Source: a virus (lineage: Duplodnaviria > Heunggongvirae > Uroviricota > Caudoviricetes). From it: a DNA stretch of 35,102 nucleotides. The notes below the pieces were generated by a model, which did no database searches, had not been told where the DNA came from, and saw only the letters and a program-made list of their open reading frames with translations. Position numbers and translations under genes: made by a program. Shown here one piece after another: positions 7,982 to 16,385 of this stretch; within the stretch, counting starts at the first letter, position 1, and each line of letters opens with the position of its first letter. The stretch lies in IMG/VR virus record IMGVR_UViG_2563366856_000002, positions 1 through 35,102 of that record; one strand, given 5' to 3'.

Positions 7982-8923
7982 ATGAGCACTAAATTAACCG
8001 GCTATGTATGGGATGGTTGCGCTGCATCAGGCATGAAGTTATCCAGCGTGGCAATTATGGCCCGCCTGGCTGATTTCAGTAATGACGAAGGTGTGTGCTG
8101 GCCATCAATTGAAACCATTGCCCGTCAGATTGGCGCGGGGATGAGTACCGTCAGAACGGCTATCGCACGGCTGGAAGCAGAAGGCTGGTTAACGCGTAAG
8201 GCGCGTCGCCAGGGTAACCGCAATGCGTCGAATGTTTATCAGCTTAACGTTGCGAAGCTTCAGGCAGCGGCATTTTCTCAACTGTCAGATTCTGACCCGT
8301 CAAAATCTGACGCATCAAAATCTGACCCGTCAAAATTTGATGCGTCGAAATCTGGCAAAAAAGCGGGTTTTCACCCGTCAGAATCTGGCGGGGATCCGTC
8401 AGTAAAATCAAAACATGATCCGTCAGATAAAAAACCTTCTCGTCCGGACGCTTCGCAACCGGACACGCAGACGGCTGAACAGGATTTTTTAACTCGCCAT
8501 CCTGATGCGGTTGTATTCAGCCCTAAAAAGCGCCAGTGGGGGACGCAGGATGATTTGACCTGCGCACAGTGGCTCTGGAAAAAAATCATCGCCCTGTACG
8601 AGCAGGCTGCCGAATGTGACGGCGAGGTGGTTCGTCCCAAAGAACCGAACTGGACAGCCTGGGCAAACGAAATTCGCCTGATGTGTGTGCAGGATGGTCG
8701 TACTCACAAACAAATCTGCGAGATGTACAGCCGCGTCAGCCGCGATCCGTTCTGGTGCCGTAACGTGCTCAGCCCGTCGAAGCTGCGGGAAAAATGGGAT
8801 GAGCTTTCCCTGCGCTTATCGCCGTCCGTCAGCACGTACACAGAAAAACGCGAAGACCCGTACTTCAAAGCCAGTTACGACAATGTGGACTACAGCCAGA
8901 TCCCGGCAGGATTCAGGGGGTGA
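7982..8923 (+). CDS. replication initiation protein (lambda O-like role; N-terminal HTH)
   Basis: 313 aa; N-terminal winged-helix region; internal iteron-like DNA repeats; position after cII-like gene. Confidence 0.75.
   Translation: MSTKLTGYVWDGCAASGMKLSSVAIMARLADFSNDEGVCWPSIETIARQIGAGMSTVRTAIARLEAEGWLTRKARRQGNRNASNVYQLNVAKLQAAAFSQLSDSDPSKSDASKSDPSKFDASKSGKKAGFHPSESGGDPSVKSKHDPSDKKPSRPDASQPDTQTAEQDFLTRHPDAVVFSPKKRQWGTQDDLTCAQWLWKKIIALYEQAAECDGEVVRPKEPNWTAWANEIRLMCVQDGRTHKQICEMYSRVSRDPFWCRNVLSPSKLREKWDELSLRLSPSVSTYTEKREDPYFKASYDNVDYSQIPAGFRG
8284..8432 (+). repeat. iteron-like direct repeats inside the replication gene (putative ori)
   Basis: Seven imperfect copies of CCGTCAAAATCTGAC-like units (e.g. 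GACCCGTCAAAATCTGAC, GCATCAAAATCTGAC, CCGTCAAAATTTGATG, CCGTCAGAATCTGG, GATCCGTCAGTAAAATC, GATCCGTCAGATAAAAAAC), followed downstream by an AT-rich stretch (GGATTTTTTAACT at about 8482-8494). Confidence 0.65.
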
Positions 8924-9414
8924 GCATGAGTCTTTTGAATGACGTTCAGAAATTCATTGAAGCCCATCCGGGCTGTACTTCCGGAGACATTGCGGATGCT
9001 TTTGCTGGTTACTCACGGCAGCGCGTTCTGCAGTCAGCAAGCAAGTTACGTCAGAGTGGGCGTGTGGCTCACCGTTGTGAAGGAGATACACGCAGACATT
9101 TCCCGCGCCTGACTGAGAGAGCGCAGGATCCGGAACCACAACCAGTTCGTGAAACCAGACCTGTGCGCAATTTCTATGTCGGCACTAACGACCCGCGGGT
9201 GATTTTGTGCCTGACCCGCCAGGCGGAAGAACTGGAGTCCAGGGGCTTATACCGTCGTGCTGCAACGGTGTGGATGGCGGCATTCCGTGAAAGCCACTCC
9301 CAGCCAGAACGAAACAATTTTCTGGCGCGTCGTGAACGGTGTTTACGGAAAAGCAGCAAGCGGGCTGCATCAGGTGAAGAGTGGTATCTGTCAGGGAATT
9401 ACGTGGGGGCTTAA
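8920..9414 (+). CDS. winged-helix / PerC-like putative regulatory protein
   Basis: 164 aa; C-terminal ELESRGLYRRAATVWMAAF resembles PerC-family motif as recalled; occupies the slot where a helicase loader is usually found. Confidence 0.45.
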   Translation: MSMSLLNDVQKFIEAHPGCTSGDIADAFAGYSRQRVLQSASKLRQSGRVAHRCEGDTRRHFPRLTERAQDPEPQPVRETRPVRNFYVGTNDPRVILCLTRQAEELESRGLYRRAATVWMAAFRESHSQPERNNFLARRERCLRKSSKRAASGEEWYLSGNYVGA

Positions 9415-10067
9415 TGAGTAATAAATATTGCCAGGCGCTGGTGGAACTGCGGAACAAACCAGCCCATGAACTGAAGGCAGTGGGCGATCAGTGGCGCACG
9501 CCGGATAACATTTTCTGGGGAATTAACACCCTGTTTGGTCCGTTTGTTCTGGATCTGTTCACTGACGGTGATAACGCCAAATGTGCCGCGTATTACACGG
9601 CGGAAGACAACGCGCTGGTGCATGACTGGTCAGAACGTCTTGCGGAGCTTAAAGGTGCTGCCTTTGGTAATCCCCCATACAGCCGCGCCAGTCAGCATGA
9701 GGGGCAATACATCACCGGCATGCGTTACATCATGAAGCATGCCAGTGCCATGCGTGATAAAGGCGGGCGCTATGTTTTCCTGATCAAAGCTGCCACCAGC
9801 GAAGTGTGGTGGCCGGAAGATGCAGATCATATTGCTTTTATTCGCGGGCGTATTGGTTTTGAACTGCCTGCCTGGTTTATACCGAAGGACGAGAAGCAGG
9901 TGCCGACAGGAGCTTTCTTCGCTGGTGCTATTGCTGTTTTCGACAAGACCTGGAAGGGACCGGCAATCAGCTACATCGGGCGCGATGAACTTGAGGCATG
10001 TGGTGAGGCCTTTCTGGCGCAGGTTCGCCAGCAGGCGGAAAAACTGGTCAGGGAGATGGCGGCATGA
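9414..10067 (+). CDS. phage-type DNA N6-adenine methyltransferase (Dam-like)
   Basis: NPPY catalytic motif (GNPPYS); start ATG overlaps upstream stop (TAATG). Confidence 0.85.
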   Translation: MSNKYCQALVELRNKPAHELKAVGDQWRTPDNIFWGINTLFGPFVLDLFTDGDNAKCAAYYTAEDNALVHDWSERLAELKGAAFGNPPYSRASQHEGQYITGMRYIMKHASAMRDKGGRYVFLIKAATSEVWWPEDADHIAFIRGRIGFELPAWFIPKDEKQVPTGAFFAGAIAVFDKTWKGPAISYIGRDELEACGEAFLAQVRQQAEKLVREMAA

Positions 10068-10390
10068 CGACATTAACTCAATGCCAGCAGCAGGTGCTGG
10101 ATATGCTGATTTCTTACCAGAAAGAACGAGGCTTCCCGCCAACCAATCAGGAGGTGGCAACCATGCTGGGATACCGTTCAGTGAATGCAGCGGTGGAGCA
10201 TCTTCGCGCACTGGAGAAAAAAGGCGTCATCACGATAAAGCGTGGCGTGGCCCGGGGGATAACGCTTCATACCGCGGTGAAGGGCGACGACAGCGAGGCG
10301 GTCGGGATTATCCGCTCACTGCTTGCCGGTGAGGAAAACGCCAGGCTGCGTGCAGCCCACTGGTTACATGAGAGGGAGCTGAAAGTATGA
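10064..10390 (+). CDS. LexA N-terminal DNA-binding-domain-like protein (no peptidase domain)
   Basis: LTQCQQQVLDMLISYQKERGFPPTNQEVATMLGYRSVNAAVEHLRALEKKGVI closely parallels LexA residues 1-70 ([53 protein letters not shown]); only 108 aa. Confidence 0.7.
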   Translation: MTTLTQCQQQVLDMLISYQKERGFPPTNQEVATMLGYRSVNAAVEHLRALEKKGVITIKRGVARGITLHTAVKGDDSEAVGIIRSLLAGEENARLRAAHWLHERELKV

Positions 10391-10776
10391 AGCTAATACT
10401 GCCTTTTCCGCCCAGCGTGAACACGTACTGGCGACACCCCAACAAAGGGGCGTTTGCAGGTAAGAGTCTGATAAGCGCGGCGGGGCGCAAATTCCAGAGC
10501 GCGGCGTGTGCAGCAATAGTTGAACAGTTACGTCGTCTGCCGAAACCAACGTCGGCACCTGCTTCAGTGGAGATCGTGTTGTTTCCTCCGGATAACCGGA
10601 TCCGCGATCTGGACAACTATAACAAGGCACTGTTTGACGCCCTGACCCACGCGGGTGTGTGGGAAGACGACAGTCAGGTGAAAAGAATGCTGGTGGAGTG
10701 GGGACCGGTTATCCCGGAAGGGAAGGTCGAGATCACTATCAGTAAGTACGAGAAAACGGCGGGTGCAGCCGCCTGA
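10387..10776 (+). CDS. rusA: RusA Holliday junction resolvase
   Basis: Strong resemblance to E. coli RusA including DxDN motif (RDLDNYNKALFDALT) and overall length. Confidence 0.9.
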   Translation: MKLILPFPPSVNTYWRHPNKGAFAGKSLISAAGRKFQSAACAAIVEQLRRLPKPTSAPASVEIVLFPPDNRIRDLDNYNKALFDALTHAGVWEDDSQVKRMLVEWGPVIPEGKVEITISKYEKTAGAAA

Positions 10777-10795
10777 GCAAAAGGAGAAACGAAGT

Positions 10796-11605
10796 ATGAA
10801 TAATCTGATGGTCATTGATGGTATTGAAGTTCGTCGTGATGCTTATGGGCGTTACAGCCTGAACGATCTGCATCGCGCAGCAGTAGCATCTGGTGCAAAT
10901 GCCAGAACCAAGGAGCCGGGAAAGTTTCTTTCCAGCCAACAAACTGTTGAGCTTGTTCATGAATTGACCAACACCCAGAATTTGGGTGTTGACCCGGTGA
11001 GTGTGATTCATGGGGGAAATGAACGGGGAACGTATGTCTGCAAGGAACTGGTGTATGCCTATGCAATGTGGATCAGCCCGTCATTCCATCTGAAGGTGAT
11101 CCGTACTTTCGATATGGTAACCAGCGCACCGGAAAAATTATCCGGACAGGCTGCTGACAAGATGCAGGCTGGCGTGATCCTGCTGGACTTTATGCGCCGG
11201 GAGTTAAACCTGTCTAACTCTTCAGTGCTTGGTGCCTGTCAGAAACTCCAGGAGGCTGTTGGCTTACCGAATCTGGCACCGCGCTATGCCATTGATGCTC
11301 CTGCTGATGCACACGATGGCTCAAGTCGCCCGACACTGTCACTGAGCGCACTGCTGAAACAGTATGGTATACGCCTGACGGCTAATCAGGCATATCACCA
11401 GATGGTGAAACTGGGGATCGTCGAGCAGCGCGAACGATACAGCTGTACCGCGATTAACAACATCAAAAAATTCTGGTCGCTGACAGCGAAAGGTTGCATG
11501 TTCGGCAAGAACATCACCAGTCCCGCAAATCCGCGCGAGACGCAGCCGCATTTCTTCGAATCCCGATTCCCTGAGCTGTTAAAGCTGCTCGATACTGTTC
11601 ATTGA
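10796..11605 (+). CDS. KilA-N domain protein (putative antirepressor-like)
   Basis: N-terminal NLMVIDGIEVRR...YSLNDLH...KELVYAYAMWISPSFHLKVIRTF matches KilA-N pattern; AAGGAG RBS before ATG. Confidence 0.7.
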   Translation: MNNLMVIDGIEVRRDAYGRYSLNDLHRAAVASGANARTKEPGKFLSSQQTVELVHELTNTQNLGVDPVSVIHGGNERGTYVCKELVYAYAMWISPSFHLKVIRTFDMVTSAPEKLSGQAADKMQAGVILLDFMRRELNLSNSSVLGACQKLQEAVGLPNLAPRYAIDAPADAHDGSSRPTLSLSALLKQYGIRLTANQAYHQMVKLGIVEQRERYSCTAINNIKKFWSLTAKGCMFGKNITSPANPRETQPHFFESRFPELLKLLDTVH

Positions 11606-11606
11606 G

Positions 11607-12602
11607 GTGACCGTGAGAGCACTACTGACCCCTGAAATTGCCCCGCGTATGGGGATCGTATTGTTCAGGCCCGGTTCAGAGCTGATGCCCCTGTTTATGC
11701 AGGGGCGTGTACTGCTGGAGCCTGAGCCGGAGCATTATTCATCTTTCGCCAGTGGTGCCGTTCCCGCGGCATCACAACCGCTGGCGGATGATCCTGCCGT
11801 TCGGGCCGTGTTCCGTAATGAGGCAGTGATTCGTCGTGCTGGTGGGGTGGAATGTCTTGAAAGCTGGTTACTTCGTGAAAAAGGCTGCCAGTGGCCTCAT
11901 TCCGACTGGCACAGCGAGAACATGACCACAATGCGACACGCGCCGGGCGCAATCCGTCTGTGCTGGCACTGCGATAATCAGTTACGTGATCAGTTCACGG
12001 AGCGGCTGGAATCAATGGCAACGGATAACTGTGCCCGTTGGGTGTTGTCTGTAGTCCGTCGGGATCTCGATTTTGATGATAACCATGCCGTGACAATGCC
12101 GGAACTGTGCTGGTGGCTGATTCGTAATGACCTGGCGGATGCCTTACCTGAAAGCGCAGCCCGTAAGGCGCTGAGATTACCGAAACCTGTTGTGCCGTCT
12201 GTCACCCGGGAAAGTGACCTTGTGCCTTCGGTTCCTGCCACCAGCATCATCCTGGATAAAGCGAAAAAGGTGCTGGCGCTGAAAGTGGATCCGGAGTCGC
12301 CGGAGTCTTTTATGTTACGCCCAAAAAGCCGCCGCTGGGTTAATGAAAAGTACACGCGCTGGGTTAAGACACAGCCGTGTGCATGTTGTGGAAAGCCTGC
12401 TGATGATCCCCACCATCTGATAGGCCACGGTCAGGGTGGAATGGGTACAAAAGCGCATGACCTCTTTGTGTTGCCTTTGTGCAGAAAGCATCACGACGAG
12501 CTGCATGCGGATACCGTGGCATTTGAAGAGAAGTATGGCTCTCAGCTGGAGCTGATATTTCGTTTTATCGATCGTGCGCTGGCAATTGGCGTACTGGCCT
12601 GA
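11607..12602 (+). CDS. DUF968-family protein with C-terminal HNH-like motif
   Basis: C-terminal CACCGKPADDPHHLIGH...LCRKHHDELH Cys/His cluster; resembles YdfU-type prophage proteins. Confidence 0.65.
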   Translation: MTVRALLTPEIAPRMGIVLFRPGSELMPLFMQGRVLLEPEPEHYSSFASGAVPAASQPLADDPAVRAVFRNEAVIRRAGGVECLESWLLREKGCQWPHSDWHSENMTTMRHAPGAIRLCWHCDNQLRDQFTERLESMATDNCARWVLSVVRRDLDFDDNHAVTMPELCWWLIRNDLADALPESAARKALRLPKPVVPSVTRESDLVPSVPATSIILDKAKKVLALKVDPESPESFMLRPKSRRWVNEKYTRWVKTQPCACCGKPADDPHHLIGHGQGGMGTKAHDLFVLPLCRKHHDELHADTVAFEEKYGSQLELIFRFIDRALAIGVLA

Positions 12603-12619
12603 TTTTGTGGAGAAAGTTG

Positions 12620-12967
12620 ATGCGTGATATGTATGAAGTGATGGATCGTTGGGGAGCTTGGGCTGCTTCAGACAATAGCGGAGTGGACTGGCAACCGGTA
12701 GCCGCTGGCTTCAAGGGGCTTTTACCTCATGGCAAAAAGTCCCGGATTCAGTGTGATGATGATGAGGGGCTCATGATCGATGGGTGCGTAGCTAGATTAA
12801 GAAAGTACAAACCAGAAGAGTATGAGTTAGTTATAGCCCATTTTGTGGTAGGGATTTCATTGCGAGCCATTGCTAAGAAGAGAAAGTGTTCGGATGGGAC
12901 TATCAGGAAAGAGTTGCAAACATCGCTTGGTTTCATTGAAGGCATTGTTTGCACTCTTGCCTGTTAA
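12620..12967 (+). CDS. late-gene antiterminator Q (phage antitermination Q family, small type)
   Basis: DRWGAWA...AAGFKGLLP...QCDDDEGLMIDGCVARL...CSDGTIRKEL..GFIEG matches the small Q-family pattern as recalled; located immediately upstream of the late/lysis region. Confidence 0.7.
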   Translation: MRDMYEVMDRWGAWAASDNSGVDWQPVAAGFKGLLPHGKKSRIQCDDDEGLMIDGCVARLRKYKPEEYELVIAHFVVGISLRAIAKKRKCSDGTIRKELQTSLGFIEGIVCTLAC

Positions 12968-12988
12968 CTATTCTTAACTGTCTTCTAG

Positions 12989-13873
12989 TTATATTGGGCG
13001 CTTTGAATTCGATTTAAAGCGTCTTCCACTTATTCCAGAAACCCAAATGTCTTCCTCAAGAAAGTCAAGAAGGGCTTTTATTTCTTTTTTTGATGAAGGC
13101 ATGACAATTTTCTCAACACCGCCAACTATTATGGTTTGTAAGGGGAAATTAACTTTAGCAGCTTCGGATTTAAACTTTGACATATTTTGGGGTGTTAGCA
13201 TCCCAGTCTGATTTATTAGTGTTACTTTATTTCTTATCACTGTATCTGCAACGGATTTTAGATCAAAACCTTGGGGAGTAGAAAATACACTAAGTTGACT
13301 AAATGCATTAAGTTCTTGGTCAGTAGCAGCAGAAAAATAGGACGACATGTCAAAAATGCTTCTTAGATTAAAGAAACTCTTAAATCGTATTGTATCATTG
13401 ATAATTATTGCAACTAGTTTATCATCAACATTAAAACCGATGCTATTAGCTTTACTAAAGGTAGTTTTGCTTGCAAAAAGCTTTCCAAAGAATGATTTTG
13501 AGGTATCTAAGATTTGTTTTTTGTTGAAAGTTTGTAGTGCAATAATATTGGGGTTTGCTGGCGCGTCAACACCAACAAATAATGCTTTAATATAACCAAT
13601 ATCAATTTGGCTAGGATCCCAGATAGGCACGGCGGTAGGCCTATTGACTGCGTCAATCAGGCGTGCAGAATCAGTAAAGTTTTGTATTTCAAAACACTCA
13701 CTATGTTTTGGTGTATAACCGGCATAGAATGGTATCATATTGTTATGATGACTTTCAAAATATTGACGCTGTTGTTGGAAAATGGCCGTAACAGAAGTAC
13801 TTGCTGTTGCATCAAGTTCGACTCTAACAATTCTCGTTGCAATTGTATTATCTATTACTGCAAAAAGTGCCAT
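12989..13873 (-). CDS. hypothetical 294-aa protein, second gene of an AT-rich two-gene operon (possible KwaB-like)
   Basis: AT-rich; opposite strand to all flanking phage genes; 5-nt gap to upstream membrane-protein gene. Confidence 0.6.
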   Translation of the reverse strand: MALFAVIDNTIATRIVRVELDATASTSVTAIFQQQRQYFESHHNNMIPFYAGYTPKHSECFEIQNFTDSARLIDAVNRPTAVPIWDPSQIDIGYIKALFVGVDAPANPNIIALQTFNKKQILDTSKSFFGKLFASKTTFSKANSIGFNVDDKLVAIIINDTIRFKSFFNLRSIFDMSSYFSAATDQELNAFSQLSVFSTPQGFDLKSVADTVIRNKVTLINQTGMLTPQNMSKFKSEAAKVNFPLQTIIVGGVEKIVMPSSKKEIKALLDFLEEDIWVSGISGRRFKSNSKRPI

Positions 13874-13878
13874 GGTTA

Positions 13879-14400
13879 TTATCCTTTAACATGTAGAAAT
13901 GTGTAGTCTGTTAATTGAATAACTGTAAATTTGATATCTTTAATATCAGTAATAACTGATTTAGAAATCAATACAAAACCTACGCCGGTGTCATCTTCAG
14001 CTTCGTAAAATTTATAACCGATAAGTGACAATACTGGGTTAAAGTTATAGTTCTCGGAAAAGCTGATGTAAAATAACAATGATAAATAAAAGAATAACGC
14101 ATATGCTTTATTTTCAGCAATAGAATCTGTTCCTAGGAGAGGGAATAAATAGCTTAAGAAATAATTAGTTACTTCTTTGTTAGCGGGAGAAACTGAACTA
14201 ATATTTTTTGTCAGAGGTTCAAGTTGTTTCTCAGCATATTGAATCAGGCCTATTGCTAATAACCAACTTGCTATGCCAACGCATAAGCTATATTGCATCA
14301 GCCAAACCGTATCTTTTACATATCCAATAAAAAATAGAGTTGCGCAAACAGGTGCAATTGAGCTGGCTGTTAATAATAAGCGTGCTAATTTGTTCATCAT
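13879..14400 (-). CDS. integral membrane protein (about 4 TM helices), first gene of the two-gene operon (possible KwaA-like)
   Basis: Hydrophobic segments LARLLLTASSIAPVCATLFFIGYV, VWLMQYSLCVGIASWLLAIGLI, VTNYFLSYLFPLLG, AYALFFYLSLLFYISF. Confidence 0.6.
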   Translation of the reverse strand: MMNKLARLLLTASSIAPVCATLFFIGYVKDTVWLMQYSLCVGIASWLLAIGLIQYAEKQLEPLTKNISSVSPANKEVTNYFLSYLFPLLGTDSIAENKAYALFFYLSLLFYISFSENYNFNPVLSLIGYKFYEAEDDTGVGFVLISKSVITDIKDIKFTVIQLTDYTFLHVKG

Positions 14401-14557
14401 GATATCCTTTGTACTGTTTATGCATACAGCACTTTACATCATGTACTCCAAAGTATCTATCTTGTGAAGAATCTTACACTAAATACTACAGAAAAAGTTA
14501 ACGCGTACGCAAAAAGTATTATATCGTGTTAAGAGTGGTTACTTTGCCACACAGCTT

Positions 14558-14580
14558 AAACCCGCCGTCGAGCGGGTTTT
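14558..14580 (+). terminator. tR-prime-like hairpin downstream of putative late promoter
   Basis: AAACCCGC-cgtcga-GCGGGTTT palindrome followed by T-rich tract, upstream of holin gene. Confidence 0.35.
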
Positions 14581-14731
14581 GTCATTTCTGGGCCTTGGTA
14601 TTCGTTGGGCTTGGTCTATCTAGTACTTATCCATTGGCTCGGCTTCTTTTACGTTTCCGCTTCTGGTTTGCGGTTCGTGGTACTCCCTCAATTTGCACCT
14701 CCTGTATCGGCGAGGTGAGAGATAACTACAA

Positions 14732-15058
14732 ATGCCTCATAACCCAAATACCTGGCTGGAGTTGGTCCAGAGCTGGTGGCGTGGAGACACACCACTGGGC
14801 GCAGTGATTATGTCGATCGTTATGGCTGGCTTGCGCATTGCCTATTTTGGCGGTGGTGGTGGCTGGAAGCGAAAAACACTCGAAATTCTACTCTGTGGCG
14901 CTCTGACGCTGACTTTTGCATCCGCTCTTGAGTATGTCGGATGGCCTAAATCGCTTTCTGTTGCCATTGGTGGTGGGGTGGGGCTGATCGGTGTCGATGC
15001 TATTCGTGGGGCTGCAATGAGAGTAATCGGTAATAAGTTTGGTGGCTCTAAGGAGTAA
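14732..15058 (+). CDS. S: holin (lambda S family)
   Basis: Three hydrophobic segments and G-rich loops in the same arrangement as lambda S. Confidence 0.8.
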   Translation: MPHNPNTWLELVQSWWRGDTPLGAVIMSIVMAGLRIAYFGGGGGWKRKTLEILLCGALTLTFASALEYVGWPKSLSVAIGGGVGLIGVDAIRGAAMRVIGNKFGGSKE

Positions 15059-15061
15059 TTT

Positions 15062-15538
15062 ATGCAGGTACTAAATTCCCAGCGTAAAGCTTTCCTCGAT
15101 ATGGTGGCATGGTCAGAAGGAACGGATAACGGGCGACAACCGACACGTAACCACGGTTATGATGTTATTGTTGGTGGTGAACTGTTCACTGATTACTCCG
15201 ATCACCCTCGCAAACTTGTCACGCTAAACCCCAAACTCAAATCAACAGCCGCCGGACGTTACCAGCTTCTTTCACGCTGGTGGGATGCTTACCGTAAACA
15301 GCTTGGCCTGAAAGATTTTTCTCCAGAAAGCCAGGACGCTGTAGCTCTGCAGCAGATTAAAGAGCGTGGCGCTTTACCGATGATTGATCGCGGTGATATC
15401 CGTCAGGCAATCGACCGTTGCAGCAATATCTGGGCTTCACTGCCGGGTGCTGGTTACGGTCAGTATGAACATAAAATCGGTGACCTGATTGCCCGGTTTA
15501 AAGAGGCTGGTGGGGTGGTAAATGAAGTTGAGCTATAA
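15062..15538 (+). CDS. R: endolysin, lambda R-type lytic transglycosylase
   Basis: Near-identical to my recollection of lambda R (NSQRKAFLDMVAWSEGTDNGRQPTRNHGYDVIVGGELFTDYSDHPRKLVTLNPKLKST...). Confidence 0.92.
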   Translation: MQVLNSQRKAFLDMVAWSEGTDNGRQPTRNHGYDVIVGGELFTDYSDHPRKLVTLNPKLKSTAAGRYQLLSRWWDAYRKQLGLKDFSPESQDAVALQQIKERGALPMIDRGDIRQAIDRCSNIWASLPGAGYGQYEHKIGDLIARFKEAGGVVNEVEL

Positions 15539-15914
15539 GCTGGTTATCGCTGCTTTCCTCGTTACTGTCATCGGTTCTTTCATCTGGTCAGCCAACCACT
15601 ACTACAGCAAATATCAGCACGAAAAGATACGTGCTGATGATGCGGTACGAAATGCTGAATCAGCAACTGCTATTACCAATAACGTCCTGCAATCATTGCA
15701 AATAGTCAATACAGTTCTGGAGGCTAACCAGCATGCAAAACAGCAGATCGCACTGGAGTCACAGAGAACCCAGGAAGATATCAAAGTGGCTGTTGCGGAT
15801 GATGATTGTGCTTCACGTCCTGTGCCTGCTGCCGCTGCTGACAGGTTGCGGAAATTCGCGGACGGTTTACGTGAGCGCTCCGGTGGCACCACTGCCAGCC
15901 AGCCTGACTTCTGA
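15522..15914 (+). CDS. Rz: i-spanin (Rz-like)
   Basis: N-terminal TM helix (LVIAAFLVTVIGSFIW) then coiled-coil-like periplasmic domain; overlaps endolysin stop. Confidence 0.7.
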   Translation: MKLSYKLVIAAFLVTVIGSFIWSANHYYSKYQHEKIRADDAVRNAESATAITNNVLQSLQIVNTVLEANQHAKQQIALESQRTQEDIKVAVADDDCASRPVPAAAADRLRKFADGLRERSGGTTASQPDF

Positions 15915-16056
15915 TACTCCTGTACCGTTTATTCCCAATCCGCTGACGTATGGTGCCAGTCTGGAGTTGAATGTGAGTCTGTTGTCTGCGCTGGCTAACT
16001 GCAATCGAGATAAAGCTGATATTCGAAAAATTGAAGCAGAGAGGAGCAAGCCATGA
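15799..16056 (+). CDS. Rz1: o-spanin lipoprotein (Rz1-like), overlapped architecture
   Basis: +1 frame within and beyond Rz; signal peptide with lipobox LLTGC; Pro-rich mature region. Confidence 0.65.
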   Translation: MMIVLHVLCLLPLLTGCGNSRTVYVSAPVAPLPASLTSDTPVPFIPNPLTYGASLELNVSLLSALANCNRDKADIRKIEAERSKP

Positions 16057-16385
16057 AGCAGTAAAGCGGACGGACCGTGGCAAGTAGCGCCAATGCAGCA
16101 GTCATGATACTGCCCAGAATACCCAAAGTTGCGGGTAGCCAGTCTTAGGTAAAAAGCTGAGGGTGTACTGGTGAGGGGTAACGGGAAGAAGCTCACTGGT
16201 ACTCTAGGCTGATCGCCACTCAGCTTCCGGTTAGTGGTGAGGGATTCTCGAGATCCCCCTAACACATGGCCTCAAGGGCATGAGCGCGGCTACTGCGAGA
16301 GCGTGAGGGGCATTACAGCAGCCATCCACTGGTGCCTACGCTAACTCTTTTGTTTACAATCGTCTCATTTAAATGTGAGGTGATT

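Noticed and set aside
8223-8405. 60-aa ORF with repetitive peptide (LTRQNLTHQNLTRQNL) in the replication gene
   Set aside because: Alternative-frame artefact of the iteron DNA repeats; lies within the replication initiator coding sequence.
8284-8432. Possible CRISPR array suggested by short direct repeats
   Set aside because: Repeats are imperfect, have no regular unique spacers, lie inside a coding gene and no cas genes are present; iterons explain them.
14526-14807. 93-aa plus-strand ORF upstream of the holin
   Set aside because: Overlaps the putative late promoter and terminator hairpin and the holin start in another frame; hydrophobic low-complexity translation; no RBS.
16230-16260. tRNA-like T-arm (GGGAT-tctcgag-ATCCC)
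   Set aside because: Loop sequence lacks the TTC consensus and there is no matching acceptor or D-arm context.
15867-16265. 132-aa minus-strand ORF spanning the Rz1 3' end and the non-coding stretch
   Set aside because: Antisense to the spanin gene, Leu/Ser-rich low complexity, no RBS or start context.
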